Below, in pieces: positions 38,485 through 47,816 of a stretch of 64,000 nucleotides of DNA (position 1 is the stretch's first letter; the number at the start of each line of letters is the position of its first letter). The notes beneath the pieces are model-generated. The model was not told the origin of the DNA and did no database searches. It was given only the letters and a program-made list of their open reading frames with translations. Source of the DNA: Actinomycetota bacterium (GTDB taxonomy: Bacteria > Actinomycetota > Acidimicrobiia > IMCC26256 > JACDBD01); assembly GCA_052390575.1 (NCBI GenBank), contig JBQTGU010000061.1, positions 48,025 to 112,024 of the forward strand. Reading direction: 5' to 3'. The position numbers were made by a program, and so were the translations under genes.

Positions 38485-39390
38485 TTACATCTCCTTCAGA
38501 ACGCGGATCCGCTCGTCGAGCGGCGGGTGGGTGTCGAAGGCGCGGTTGAGCCAAGTCCGCTTGTGCTGCTGATCACGATCGAGTGGCGACTCTATCCAGA
38601 GCTGGGCGGTGGCGCGAGTGGCGTGGTGCACGACGGCCTGGTCGGCCTTCAGCTTCTCCAGGGCCGAGACCAGCCCCGGAGGGTACCGGGTGAGCTGCAC
38701 GCCACTGGCATCGGCCAGCAGCTCGCGATTGCGGCTCATGGCGAACTGCATGAGCTGGGCGACGAACGGCGCCAGGATCAGCAGGGCGAAGGCGAGGATC
38801 ACGAGGATGATGCCCAGGTTGCCGCTGCTGGAGCTGTCCCGCCGGTCGCGTCGACCTCCGAACCACATGAATCGCAGCCCGATGTCCGCCATCAGCGCGA
38901 TGACGCCGACCGCGATGACCGCGACCGTCCCCACCAGGATGTCGTAGTTCTTGATGTGGGCGAGCTCGTGGGCGATGACCCCCTCGAGCTCGACCCGGTT
39001 CATCGTCTGCAGGAGCCCGGTGGTGACCGCCAGCGCGGCGTGCTTCGGGTTGCGGCCGGTGGCGAAGGCGTTGGGCGCCGGGTCATCGACGACGTAGAGC
39101 CTTGGCTTGGGCAGACCGGCGGCGATGCACAGGCCCTCGACCAGGTTGTGGTAGCGGCGGTACTCAGGCCCGTCGGCGGGCTTGGCCCGGCTGGCCGCGA
39201 GCGCCACCTTGTCGGAGGAGAAGTAGGCGAAGAACGCCATCCCGACCGCGAACACCACCGCGATCACCAGCCCGACCACGCCGAAGCCGAGCAGGAAGTC
39301 GAACGCGATCGCGACGCCGGCGATGAGGACGACGAAGAAGAACAGCAGGACGAACGTCCGCCGCTTGTTGCGTGCGATCTGTTCGTACAG
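38485..39390 (-). CDS. htpX: HtpX-like M48 zinc metalloprotease (probable CTG start)
   Basis: PNAFATG, AHELAH, SR.RE..AD and THPP..ERI motifs; N-terminus (M)YEQIARNKRRT. Confidence 0.92.
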   Translation of the reverse strand: MYEQIARNKRRTFVLLFFFVVLIAGVAIAFDFLLGFGVVGLVIAVVFAVGMAFFAYFSSDKVALAASRAKPADGPEYRRYHNLVEGLCIAAGLPKPRLYVVDDPAPNAFATGRNPKHAALAVTTGLLQTMNRVELEGVIAHELAHIKNYDILVGTVAVIAVGVIALMADIGLRFMWFGGRRDRRDSSSSGNLGIILVILAFALLILAPFVAQLMQFAMSRNRELLADASGVQLTRYPPGLVSALEKLKADQAVVHHATRATAQLWIESPLDRDQQHKRTWLNRAFDTHPPLDERIRVLKEM

Positions 39391-39437
39391 GAGGGAACCT
39401 CGTCAGTTCGCCGGACGCCCCGGCGTCAACGTGGCCG

Positions 39438-39998
39438 TCAGAACTCGACCTTGACCGGACCGGTGGCCTCGGGGTCGCCCTCGAAGTACTCCCGCTTCTC
39501 GAAATTGAACGTCCCGGCGATGATCGTGCGGGGGAACGTCTGGATCTTGTTGTTATAGGACAGCACCGAGTCGTTGTAGAACTGCCGCGAGTAGGCGATG
39601 CGGTCCTCGGTCGAGGTCAGCTCCTCCTGGAGCTGCAGGAAGTTCTGGTTCGCCTTCAGGTCGGGGTACGCCTCCGCCACCGCAAACAGGCTCTTGAGCG
39701 CGCCGGTGAGGACGTTCTCGGCCTGAGCCTGCTCGGCCGGGCCCTGGGCGTTGAGGGCGTTGGCCCTCGCCTGGGTGACGGCCTCGAAGGTCGACTTCTC
39801 GTGGGCGGCGTAGCCCTTGACCGACTCGACCAGGTTCGGGATGAGGTCGTAGCGCCGCTTGAGCTGCACGTCGATCTGCGACCAGGCGTTGTCGATCCGG
39901 TTCCGCAACCGGACCAGCCCGTTGTACATCAGGATGACGACAACGACGAGGACGAGGACGATTGCCCCCACGATGATGAGCCCGATCACGTAGTGCAC
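39438..39998 (-). CDS. lemA: LemA family protein
   Basis: [20 protein letters not shown] and AEAYPDLKA motifs. Confidence 0.95.
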   Translation of the reverse strand: MHYVIGLIIVGAIVLVLVVVVILMYNGLVRLRNRIDNAWSQIDVQLKRRYDLIPNLVESVKGYAAHEKSTFEAVTQARANALNAQGPAEQAQAENVLTGALKSLFAVAEAYPDLKANQNFLQLQEELTSTEDRIAYSRQFYNDSVLSYNNKIQTFPRTIIAGTFNFEKREYFEGDPEATGPVKVEF

Positions 39999-40026
39999 TC
40001 CTACTCAGGGAATGAGACCGGGCGCA

Positions 40027-40983
40027 TCATATAGCCCCACCCTCCACCCGCTCCCGCAGCCGATCCATCCCTCGCTCGAGCGCATCGAGGAGCGACCGGT
40101 GGAGCGGCGCGCCGGCGGCGGCGAGAACCGCGAGCCCGTGCTGGCGGGACGAGCCGACCGCGGGATGGTCGTCGAGCGCCCGGCCGTCGGCGTGGGTGAT
40201 GACTCCCCCGGCCTCGGACAGGATCAGGGCGGCGGCCGCGACGTCGTATGGGAAGTTCGTGCACACCGAGCCCTCCCCCACCGTGAGGAAGGCCGCCTCG
40301 GTCGTCGGGACCTCGTCGACGATGCGCCGACCGACGTCGACGTAGGCGTCGAGCTGACCGGTGGCGATCCGGGTCAGGTTGAAGGCGGCCGAGCCCAGGT
40401 CGAAGTAGCCCCCGCCCATGCTGGACCCGTCGACGAGATCTTCGAGCACGATGCTCGTCGGGAGCAGGGGGCGGCCCCGCAGGCCCGCGGTCCAGAACAG
40501 CGCGGTCAGGTCGGTGTTGTCCGAGGGCTCGAGCGGGATCGGCGCGCCCGAGGAGGCCGCGCCGCGGGCACCGAAGCCGCGCCGGGCCCGGAACCGATCG
40601 CCGCTCTTGAGCTCGTGGACCACGCCGTAGGAGACGTCGCCGAGACGCGCGTCCTCCGACGGGGGCACGACCGCGATCGACACACAGCACGACTCCAGCC
40701 CCGCGGCCGCCGGCCGGGTGCCGTCGACCGGGTCGATCACGAGGAAGGCGCGTGGCCGTCCGTACGTCACCAGGCCGCGGTCCTCGGAGTAGAAGCCGAT
40801 GTCGCCGGCGGCGGCGAGCCGCTCCTCGACGACCCGCTCGGCGACCTCGTCGATCGCGAGCGTGGCGTCACCGCCGGGAGCACGGGCGACCCGGGCACGC
40901 GCTCCCGTCGTTCCCAGATGGGGGACGACCGCCGCCTGCACCAGCTCGGCGACGTCGTCGGCGAGGCGCTCCATCTCGGTCAC
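40027..40983 (-). CDS. Inositol monophosphatase / FBPase-like family protein
   Basis: D..AE, SED, IDPVDGT, GSAA and YDVAAA metal-binding motifs. Confidence 0.85.
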   Translation of the reverse strand: MTEMERLADDVAELVQAAVVPHLGTTGARARVARAPGGDATLAIDEVAERVVEERLAAAGDIGFYSEDRGLVTYGRPRAFLVIDPVDGTRPAAAGLESCCVSIAVVPPSEDARLGDVSYGVVHELKSGDRFRARRGFGARGAASSGAPIPLEPSDNTDLTALFWTAGLRGRPLLPTSIVLEDLVDGSSMGGGYFDLGSAAFNLTRIATGQLDAYVDVGRRIVDEVPTTEAAFLTVGEGSVCTNFPYDVAAAALILSEAGGVITHADGRALDDHPAVGSSRQHGLAVLAAAGAPLHRSLLDALERGMDRLRERVEGGAI

Positions 40984-40986
40984 GGT

Positions 40987-42081
40987 TCAGCGGGCCGGGC
41001 CGACGGCGATGGCCTCCTCGTAGATGGGAACGAACCGCTTCGCCAGCGAGTCCATCGAGAGCTCGTCGGCGCGCCGCCGCCCCGCTTCGACGAGCCTCGC
41101 CCGTTGGTCTGTGTCATCGAGGAGCTGGCGTAGAGCGAGTCGCAGGGCATCGGCGTCACCGGGCGGCACGATCAGCGCCTCGCGGGCGGGACGGGCGACG
41201 CTTCGGTAGCCGGGTATGTCGGACGCGATCGCGGGCACACCGGCGGCCATCGCCTCCAGCAGCACCACGCCGAAGGACTCGCTCGCGACCGACGGGAAGC
41301 AGGCGATGGTCGCGCCCCGGAGACGAGCCGCCTTCTCGCGGTCGGAGATGCGGCCGAGCCACTCGACGCCGGGGACGTTGCGCGCTTGGAGCTCCTCGGT
41401 CTGCGCGCCCTCGCCCGCGATCCAGAGCACGGCGTCCCGGTCGAGCTGGGCGTACGCGTCGAGCAAGACCGCGAGGCCCTTGCGGGGCTCGTGCCGGCCG
41501 ATGAAGAAGATCGCCGGGCGCGGGCTCGTCCACGGCTCCGCGCTCGCGTAGCGCTCGACCTCGACCCCGTTCGGAAGCAGCTGGTAGGTGCCGCCAAAGG
41601 CCTCTTCGGCTTCGCGCCGCGCCTCGTCCGAGACTGCGGTGCGGATCGCCAGGCGGTCGAGCGCGCGGCGCAGCGGCGGGCGGAAGAACTGGTACCAGCG
41701 GTTGGGCTCCGAGTACGAGGCGTGAAACGTGCCGACCAGGGGCGCCTCGGCCGCCAGCAATGCGGCCTGGGTGGGGCCGGGGACGAGCGGCTCGTGGAGG
41801 TGCACGACGTCGGGCGCGACCACCCGGAGGGCCTCGAGGGTGTGGGTGGCCGCCGCCTTCCCGGCTGCGATCGGCGCGATAGAGCCGTTGGAGGAGTAGC
41901 GCACACTCCCACCGACCACGGTGACACCCGGTTCGGGCGGCGGTCCGTCGCACGGGGCCACCACGCGCGCATCGACGCCCAGCTCCCGCAGCGACCGGGC
42001 CAGACCGAGCACCTGCCCCTGCACCCCGCCCACGTACGTGAGCGAGTACGGCGAGATGATCATCACCCTCACGTCACTCAC
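40987..42081 (-). CDS. pimA: Phosphatidylinositol alpha-mannosyltransferase (GT4)
   Basis: SPYS...GGVQ, HLHEP, TFHA, EPRKG and ESFG.VLLEAMA motifs; PIM operon context. Confidence 0.88.
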   Translation of the reverse strand: MSDVRVMIISPYSLTYVGGVQGQVLGLARSLRELGVDARVVAPCDGPPPEPGVTVVGGSVRYSSNGSIAPIAAGKAAATHTLEALRVVAPDVVHLHEPLVPGPTQAALLAAEAPLVGTFHASYSEPNRWYQFFRPPLRRALDRLAIRTAVSDEARREAEEAFGGTYQLLPNGVEVERYASAEPWTSPRPAIFFIGRHEPRKGLAVLLDAYAQLDRDAVLWIAGEGAQTEELQARNVPGVEWLGRISDREKAARLRGATIACFPSVASESFGVVLLEAMAAGVPAIASDIPGYRSVARPAREALIVPPGDADALRLALRQLLDDTDQRARLVEAGRRRADELSMDSLAKRFVPIYEEAIAVGPAR

Positions 42082-43046
42082 CCTCGCGCGGCGGCGTCGT
42101 CGGCGCGGCCGTCGTTGGAGGGGCCGTCGTTGGAGGGGCCGTCGTTGGAGGGGCGGTCGCTGGGCCAGTTGGGCTGCAGAAGGTGCCATTGCTCGGGCGC
42201 AGCCCGGATCAGCTCCTCGAAGCGGTAGGCGAGCTCTTGAGTCACCCGGGTGACGTCGTCGCGCAGGCGGCCTTGGCGCTCGGCCGGTACGGGCGGTTGC
42301 ACGATGCCGTGGTGACCTCCCCGGGGCCGGAAGTACACCGCGCACGGGAGCAACGGCGCCCCGGAGCGCAGCGCTAGCGTGGCCGGCCCGGCCGGGAGCG
42401 TGGTGCGCTCCCCGAAAAACTCGACCTCGATCCCGTCCCCGGTGAGATCACGGTCGCAGAGCAGGCAGACGACGCGCGCGTCGCGCAGGGCTCGGAGCAC
42501 CGCGCCGCCCGCTTCGGGCCCCAACGGGACGACCTCCATGCCGAGCCGGCGCCGGGTGTCGGCAAACCATTCGAAGAGCTCGGGCGGCTCGATGGGTTCG
42601 ACCACCACGGTCGGCGGATACCCCTGCACCGAGAGCCAGGCGCCGGCGTAATCCCATGCGCCGACGTGGGGCAGCGCCAGGATCGAGCCGGTGCCGGCCT
42701 CGCAGCCGGCCACGATCCGGTCGAACCCGTCGACCATGTTCTTGTCGGCCAGCAACTCGTCGTGATCGAGGTCGCCCCGCAGGTGGAACAGCTCGAACCA
42801 GTAGCGCCCGTACGAGTCGAACGTCTGCGACACCGCCCGTCGCAGCGCCGCCCCCTGCAATCGCCCGTCGGTGGCGCGCTGGAGGTTGCGCTCGACCTGC
42901 CGCCGCTTCGCCGGCGTCGCCACCGACGACAGCCGAGCGAGCGCTCGCGCCCCCGGTTCAGCCAGCGACTCGGGGAGCACACGACCCACAACCGACGCCG
43001 CCCGGTACGCGAGGTATGACGCGCGGCCGCGGAGCGCGCCGGGCAC
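42078..43046 (-). CDS. patA: Phosphatidylinositol mannoside acyltransferase
   Basis: Y.RYW.E.F, LPH.G.WD (HxxxxD), DRDL and WH.LQP.W motifs. Confidence 0.9.
   Translation of the reverse strand: MPGALRGRASYLAYRAASVVGRVLPESLAEPGARALARLSSVATPAKRRQVERNLQRATDGRLQGAALRRAVSQTFDSYGRYWFELFHLRGDLDHDELLADKNMVDGFDRIVAGCEAGTGSILALPHVGAWDYAGAWLSVQGYPPTVVVEPIEPPELFEWFADTRRRLGMEVVPLGPEAGGAVLRALRDARVVCLLCDRDLTGDGIEVEFFGERTTLPAGPATLALRSGAPLLPCAVYFRPRGGHHGIVQPPVPAERQGRLRDDVTRVTQELAYRFEELIRAAPEQWHLLQPNWPSDRPSNDGPSNDGPSNDGRADDAAARG
42107..42163. repeat. 15-bp tandem repeat, three copies plus a degenerate fourth
   Basis: GGCCGTCGTTGGAGG at 42107, 42122 and 42137; encodes PSNDG repeats. Confidence 0.9.
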
Positions 43047-43052
43047 GGGACC

Positions 43053-43808
43053 TCAGGGTCGGGTGCGGCGCCGCGGACGGGACCTGGTCCGCGGTTGGCG
43101 CGACGCCCACCAGTCGGCGAAGCGTCGGGGGGTGCGCGCGCCGGTGAGCTCGAGCTCTTCGCTAGTGCGGCGCGGGTGGCGGAATCGGCGCAAGCGCGCC
43201 TGGAGGCGCGCCTCACCGTCTCGCGACTCGGTCGGTTCCGTGGCCTGGAGCCAGACCTTCACGAACCGGTGGATGGCGGTGACCGCGCTCAGCGTCACCA
43301 TGATCCAGAGCACGGGGACGAGCACATCGAACGCGAGCCCGACTGCGAGGAGCACGAGCCGCTCGGCCCGCTCCATGATCCCGCCCTTGGCGTGGAACCC
43401 GAGGCCTTCCGCCTTCGCCCGCTCGTACGAGATGAGCATCGAGAGCGACATCGCCGCGAAGGCGAGCATGGGCAGGTAGGCGCTCTCACCCGCCAGGAAC
43501 CACGCCACCCCGCCCAGGAGCACCGCGTCCGACACGCGGTCGCACACCGAGTCGAAGAACGCGCCGCGGAGGCTGGCCTTGCCGCTCTGGCGGGCGACGG
43601 TGCCGTCGAGAATGTCGGGCACGCCGGTGAGCGCGACGCCGAAGACCGCCAGCCCGAGCCGGCCATTGGCGATCAGGAAAGCGGTCGCGACCGAGAACGC
43701 CAGACCGAGGATGGTGAGGGCGTCGGGGTGCACCCGGGCCTTGTGGAGGCCCTTGCCGACCGGCTCCAGGCCCCGTTCGACCTTGCCGCGCCAGCGTCCG
43801 TCGAGCAT
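43053..43808 (-). CDS. pgsA: CDP-alcohol phosphatidyltransferase (PI-phosphate synthase)
   Basis: D.LDG..AR...GAFFDS.CDR motif; first gene of the PIM operon. Confidence 0.92.
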   Translation of the reverse strand: MLDGRWRGKVERGLEPVGKGLHKARVHPDALTILGLAFSVATAFLIANGRLGLAVFGVALTGVPDILDGTVARQSGKASLRGAFFDSVCDRVSDAVLLGGVAWFLAGESAYLPMLAFAAMSLSMLISYERAKAEGLGFHAKGGIMERAERLVLLAVGLAFDVLVPVLWIMVTLSAVTAIHRFVKVWLQATEPTESRDGEARLQARLRRFRHPRRTSEELELTGARTPRRFADWWASRQPRTRSRPRRRTRP

Positions 43809-43827
43809 GTAGAGATCCTCCGACCTA

Positions 43828-43897
43828 TCTGGTCGCACTCGCTCGCCGGCCAGGGTACCTGGCCGGCGTCCTTCGGAACGCTCGTCGCTCCCGCACG
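43828..43897. repeat. REP-like copy 4: hairpin module nested in scaffold
   Basis: CGCCGGCCAGG-GTA-CCTGGCCGGCG flanked by 16-bp and 19-bp arms identical to the reverse complement of 29489-29524. Confidence 0.85.
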
Positions 43898-43978
43898 AGG
43901 CCGCGATTGATGTCGCTGGATGGCAGGCCTTCGAGTCCCCATAGACTCACACACCAAGTCGCTCGAAGGGGGAATCGA

Positions 43979-46000
43979 GTGAAGAGCTTCCCGTCGGAGC
44001 AGATCCGAAACGTCGCGCTGGTGGGCCACGGCGGGTCCGGCAAGACGACACTGACCGAGGCGCTGCTCTTCATCGCCGGCGCGATCCCCCGCCTCGGCAA
44101 GGTCGAGGACGGCAACACGGTGGGCGACTTCGACCCCGAAGAGGCGCGTCGGGGGATCTCGGTGTCGCTTGCGATGGCTCCGTTCGAGCACGACGGTCAC
44201 AAGGTCAACGTGATCGACACCCCCGGCTACGCCGACTTCGTCAGCGACGTGGCCGCGGCGCTGCGGGCCGCCGATCTGGCCGTGTTCGTGGTGTCGGCGG
44301 TCGAAGGGGTCGAGGTGCAGACCGAGGCCGCCTGGCGTCTCGCCGAGGACCGCGGGCTCCCCCGGGCCGTGTTCGTCAACAAGCTCGACCGCGAGCGCGC
44401 CTCCTTCTCCCGCACACTCGATGAGCTCAAGGCCAAGTTCGGTGCCGGGATCGCGCCCCTGCAGCTCCCGATCGGCGAGGAGCATGCGTTCCACGGTGTG
44501 GTCGACCTGCTGAGCGACTCGGCCATCACCTACGACGGCGACACCGGCAAGGGCACCGAGGGTCCCGTCCCCGACGACATGGAGTCCGAGGAGCACCGCG
44601 TCCACGACGCGCTCGTCGAGGGGATCGTCGTCGCCGACGACGACCTCATGGAGCGCTACCTCTCCGACGAGAAGATCGAGGTCAAGGAGCTCCAGGCCGC
44701 CCTGGCCAAGGGCATCGCCGAGGCGAGCGTGTTCCCGGTGCTGTGCGGTAGCGGGAGCAAGCTCATCGGCGTCGACCGGCTGGCGCGCTTCATCGTCGAG
44801 GAGGGTCCGGCGCCGAACGTCGCCGACGGCGCCCCGGTCGCGTTCGTGTTCAAGACTATCGTCGACCCGTACGTCGGGCGGGTGAACCTGTTCAAGGTCC
44901 TCCAGGGAAGCGTGAAGACCGACGCCCACCTGGTCAACAGCCGCAGCGGCGCGGAGGAGCGACTCCACCAACTCTCGACGATCCGGGGCAAGGAGCAGGA
45001 GTCGACGTCGGAAGTCCCGGCGGGCGACATCGCCGCCGTCGCCAAGCTGTCTGACACCGCCACCGGTGACGTGCTCGGTGCCCGCGGTGCCGAAGCCGAC
45101 GTCGAGCCGTTCGAGGCACCGGAGCCCGTGCTGGCGGTCGCGATCCGGCCGAAGTCGAAGGGCGACGAGGACAAGCTGGCAACCGCGCTCCACCGTCTCC
45201 AGGACGAGGATCCCGCGCTGCGCGTCGAACGCAATTCGGAGACCAAGCAGACCCTGCTGCGCGGCATGGGCGAGACCCACGTCTCGATCGCGATCGAGCG
45301 CCTCCACCGCAAGCTCGGCGTCGAGGTGACGACCGACGACCTGAAGGTTCCCTACCGCGAGACGATCACGGACGAAGCCGAGGCCGAGGGCAAGTACAAG
45401 AAGCAGACCGGTGGCCACGGGCAGTTCGGCGTGGCGTTCGTGCGGGTGAAGCCGCTCGAGCGCGGCGCGGGCTTCGAGTTCGTCGACAGCATCGTGGGCG
45501 GTGCGATCCCGCGGCAGTTCATCCCCGCGGTCGAGAAGGGCGTCATCGAGACGATGCAGAACGGCGGCGTGTTCGGCTTCCCGGTGGTCGACGTGCAGGT
45601 CGAATGCTTCGACGGCAAGTACCACTCGGTCGACTCGTCGGAGATGAGTTTCAAGATGGCGGGATCACTCGGGTTCAAGGAGGCGATGGCGAAGGCGGGC
45701 CCGATCCTGCTCGAGCCGATCAGCGAGCTGGTGGTGATCGCGCCCGAGGCGAGCCAGGGCGACATCATGGGCGACCTCAACTCGAAGCGCGGCCGGATCC
45801 AGGGCGCGAGCTCGATCGGTAGGGGCCACGTCGAGATCGTGGCCATGATCCCGACGTCCGAGATCCTGCGCTACGCCATCGACCTCCGGTCGATGACCGG
45901 TGGTCGCGGTCTCTTCGAGGTCAAGCACTCGCACTACGACCCGGTGCCGAGCCACCTCGTCGACAAGCTCACGGGCGACAAGGAGCCCGCGAAGTCGTAG
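43979..46000 (+). CDS. fusA2: Elongation factor G-like protein (EF-G2)
   Basis: GHGGSGKT, DTPGYADF, NKLD, KQTGGHGQF and HSVDSS motifs; outside the str operon; -10 TAGACT at 43942-43947. Confidence 0.9.
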   Translation: MKSFPSEQIRNVALVGHGGSGKTTLTEALLFIAGAIPRLGKVEDGNTVGDFDPEEARRGISVSLAMAPFEHDGHKVNVIDTPGYADFVSDVAAALRAADLAVFVVSAVEGVEVQTEAAWRLAEDRGLPRAVFVNKLDRERASFSRTLDELKAKFGAGIAPLQLPIGEEHAFHGVVDLLSDSAITYDGDTGKGTEGPVPDDMESEEHRVHDALVEGIVVADDDLMERYLSDEKIEVKELQAALAKGIAEASVFPVLCGSGSKLIGVDRLARFIVEEGPAPNVADGAPVAFVFKTIVDPYVGRVNLFKVLQGSVKTDAHLVNSRSGAEERLHQLSTIRGKEQESTSEVPAGDIAAVAKLSDTATGDVLGARGAEADVEPFEAPEPVLAVAIRPKSKGDEDKLATALHRLQDEDPALRVERNSETKQTLLRGMGETHVSIAIERLHRKLGVEVTTDDLKVPYRETITDEAEAEGKYKKQTGGHGQFGVAFVRVKPLERGAGFEFVDSIVGGAIPRQFIPAVEKGVIETMQNGGVFGFPVVDVQVECFDGKYHSVDSSEMSFKMAGSLGFKEAMAKAGPILLEPISELVVIAPEASQGDIMGDLNSKRGRIQGASSIGRGHVEIVAMIPTSEILRYAIDLRSMTGGRGLFEVKHSHYDPVPSHLVDKLTGDKEPAKS

Positions 46001-46009
46001 CAGCTCCCG

Positions 46010-46816
46010 GTGACCGAAGGCGCGTCCCTCTCACCCGAGCCGTCACGGCCACCGGCAGCCGCGCCCTGGCGCCAGCGCGGGCTCGTGAGCGGGCTCATCG
46101 TCGGCCTCGCGTTGATGGCCGGGCTCCCGACCGGGAACCTCGAGTCGCCGGTCGCCCTGCTCGGCACCTACGTGCACGAGTCGGGTCACGCCATCGCCGC
46201 CACCGCCACCGGCGACCGGGCGGCGGGCATCGCCGTCAGCCGGCACCTCGGCGGCGTCACGGTCGTGGAGGACCGCGATCCCTCGACGGCGTCGACAGTC
46301 TTCACCGCCTCGGCCGGGTTCCTCGGCACGGCGACAGGAGCCGCCCTCGCCCTCGTCGCCCTCGCCTTCTTCCGCGCCGGGATCGCGGCCTGGGCCGCGC
46401 TCGCGGGCTACTTCGCGGTGACGGGCGCGGTGTGGGTTCGTCCGAACTCCATCGCCACCACTGCCTACCCGGGCGAGGCGTGGGTCACGTTCTGGTTCGT
46501 ACTGGGCGCGGTGCTGGTGTGCGCGGCGATGACACTGCTCGCGTCCCGGCCGTTGCGCCTGGTCGGGTTCACCGCGGTGGCGCTCGTCCTCGCGGTGGCG
46601 ACGCTGGGCGAGTTCCGGCTGCTCGGCGCGGGCGCCGGCGCCTCGTCCGATCTCGACCTGCTTGCGAGCGAGACCGGGCTCCCTCGGGCACTGTGGCAGG
46701 TGGTCTGGTCCGTCGTCGCGATCGCCCTGGTCGTGGGGGGCGCCGTCGTCTTCGCCCGCGCCCGGGCCGCCGGCGTGGACGCCGAGGATGAGGAGCCCTC
46801 GCCGCCCGACTCGTAG
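46010..46816 (+). CDS. M50B-like membrane metallopeptidase
   Basis: VHESGH (HExxH), multiple TM segments and a late SD motif. Confidence 0.75.
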   Translation: MTEGASLSPEPSRPPAAAPWRQRGLVSGLIVGLALMAGLPTGNLESPVALLGTYVHESGHAIAATATGDRAAGIAVSRHLGGVTVVEDRDPSTASTVFTASAGFLGTATGAALALVALAFFRAGIAAWAALAGYFAVTGAVWVRPNSIATTAYPGEAWVTFWFVLGAVLVCAAMTLLASRPLRLVGFTAVALVLAVATLGEFRLLGAGAGASSDLDLLASETGLPRALWQVVWSVVAIALVVGGAVVFARARAAGVDAEDEEPSPPDS

Positions 46817-46822
46817 CGCGAG

Positions 46823-47305
46823 CTAGTCGTCCGCGCCGCGACTCTCGAGACCGTACTGCGACCAGTCTTCGGGGTTGGGCTCGGTGTACTCGCCCATCAC
46901 GTGGCCGTCGATCGCGTCCAGCTCGACCAGGCCCCGCATCGTCGGCGGCTCGTCGGCGCTGTAGAGCAGGATGCGCCAGGCGGGGCGGCTGCGCAGCCCC
47001 CGCCACGCCAGTTGCGCCGACGAGTGACCGACGGGGAACCCGACCGTCCGGGTGGCGATGAGCAGCGCTTCGGTCTCGTCGACGCGCACGTCCCACGCGG
47101 TGGCGAAGTGGTACGCACTGATCGCGGCGAGGACGGCGGCGGCCGCCAGCAGCCCGGGGTTGTCGGTGGCGAGCCACCCCACGATGCAGATCAGCGCGAC
47201 GAGCAAATACATGGCGCCCGGGATGCGCCGGCGGGTGATGTTGGGGAAGACGTAGGGCCCGACGTAGGCGGTGACGTCGAGGTCCTCTGGTAGCTCGTCG
47301 GACAT
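46823..47305 (-). CDS. Hypothetical membrane protein
   Basis: Two TM segments; genome-typical codon use; -10 TAGCTT 7 nt before ATG. Confidence 0.7.
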   Translation of the reverse strand: MSDELPEDLDVTAYVGPYVFPNITRRRIPGAMYLLVALICIVGWLATDNPGLLAAAAVLAAISAYHFATAWDVRVDETEALLIATRTVGFPVGHSSAQLAWRGLRSRPAWRILLYSADEPPTMRGLVELDAIDGHVMGEYTEPNPEDWSQYGLESRGADD

Positions 47306-47315
47306 CACCCGGAAG

Positions 47316-47816
47316 CTACCGGTCGGGCCAGGCGTCCTTCAGCTTCTGCCAGCTGGTGCGCAGATCCTCCGGGAGCACGCGGGTCTCGGCCACCGACGTC
47401 ATGAAGTTGGTGTCGCCGCCCCAGCGCGGCAGCGCATGCACGTGCAGATGGCCGAGTACCCCCGCGCCGGCGGCGCGGCCGACATTGGCGCCCACGTTGA
47501 GGCCGTCGGGGCGGTAGGCGGCCTTGAGCGCGGTCGTCGCTCGTTGCGTGATCACCATGAGCGCGGCGGCCTCGGCGTCGCTCAGCCCGTCGAGCTCCGC
47601 CTCGTGGCGGAGTGGGGCCAGCATCAGGTGACCGGAGATGTACGGGTAGGCGTTCATCACCGCGAAGACGAGATCATCGCGGGCAACCACCAGCGCCTCG
47701 TCGGGATCGGCGGCGGCGAGCTCGCAAAAGAGGCACCCGTCCGGGTCGGACTCCTCCGACGTGACGCTGTCGATGTAGGCGGCGCGCCAACCCGCCCACA
47801 TGCGTTCGAGGGTCAC
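47316..47816 (-). CDS. HIT family hydrolase
   Basis: CLFC, N.YPY..GH and HLHVH motifs; follows thrS. Confidence 0.93.
   Translation of the reverse strand: MTLERMWAGWRAAYIDSVTSEESDPDGCLFCELAAADPDEALVVARDDLVFAVMNAYPYISGHLMLAPLRHEAELDGLSDAEAAALMVITQRATTALKAAYRPDGLNVGANVGRAAGAGVLGHLHVHALPRWGGDTNFMTSVAETRVLPEDLRTSWQKLKDAWPDR

Noticed and set aside
43979-46000. EF-G copy with DTPGY instead of DTPGH
   Set aside because: Typical of the known EF-G2 subfamily, which occupies a similar position in other actinobacteria.
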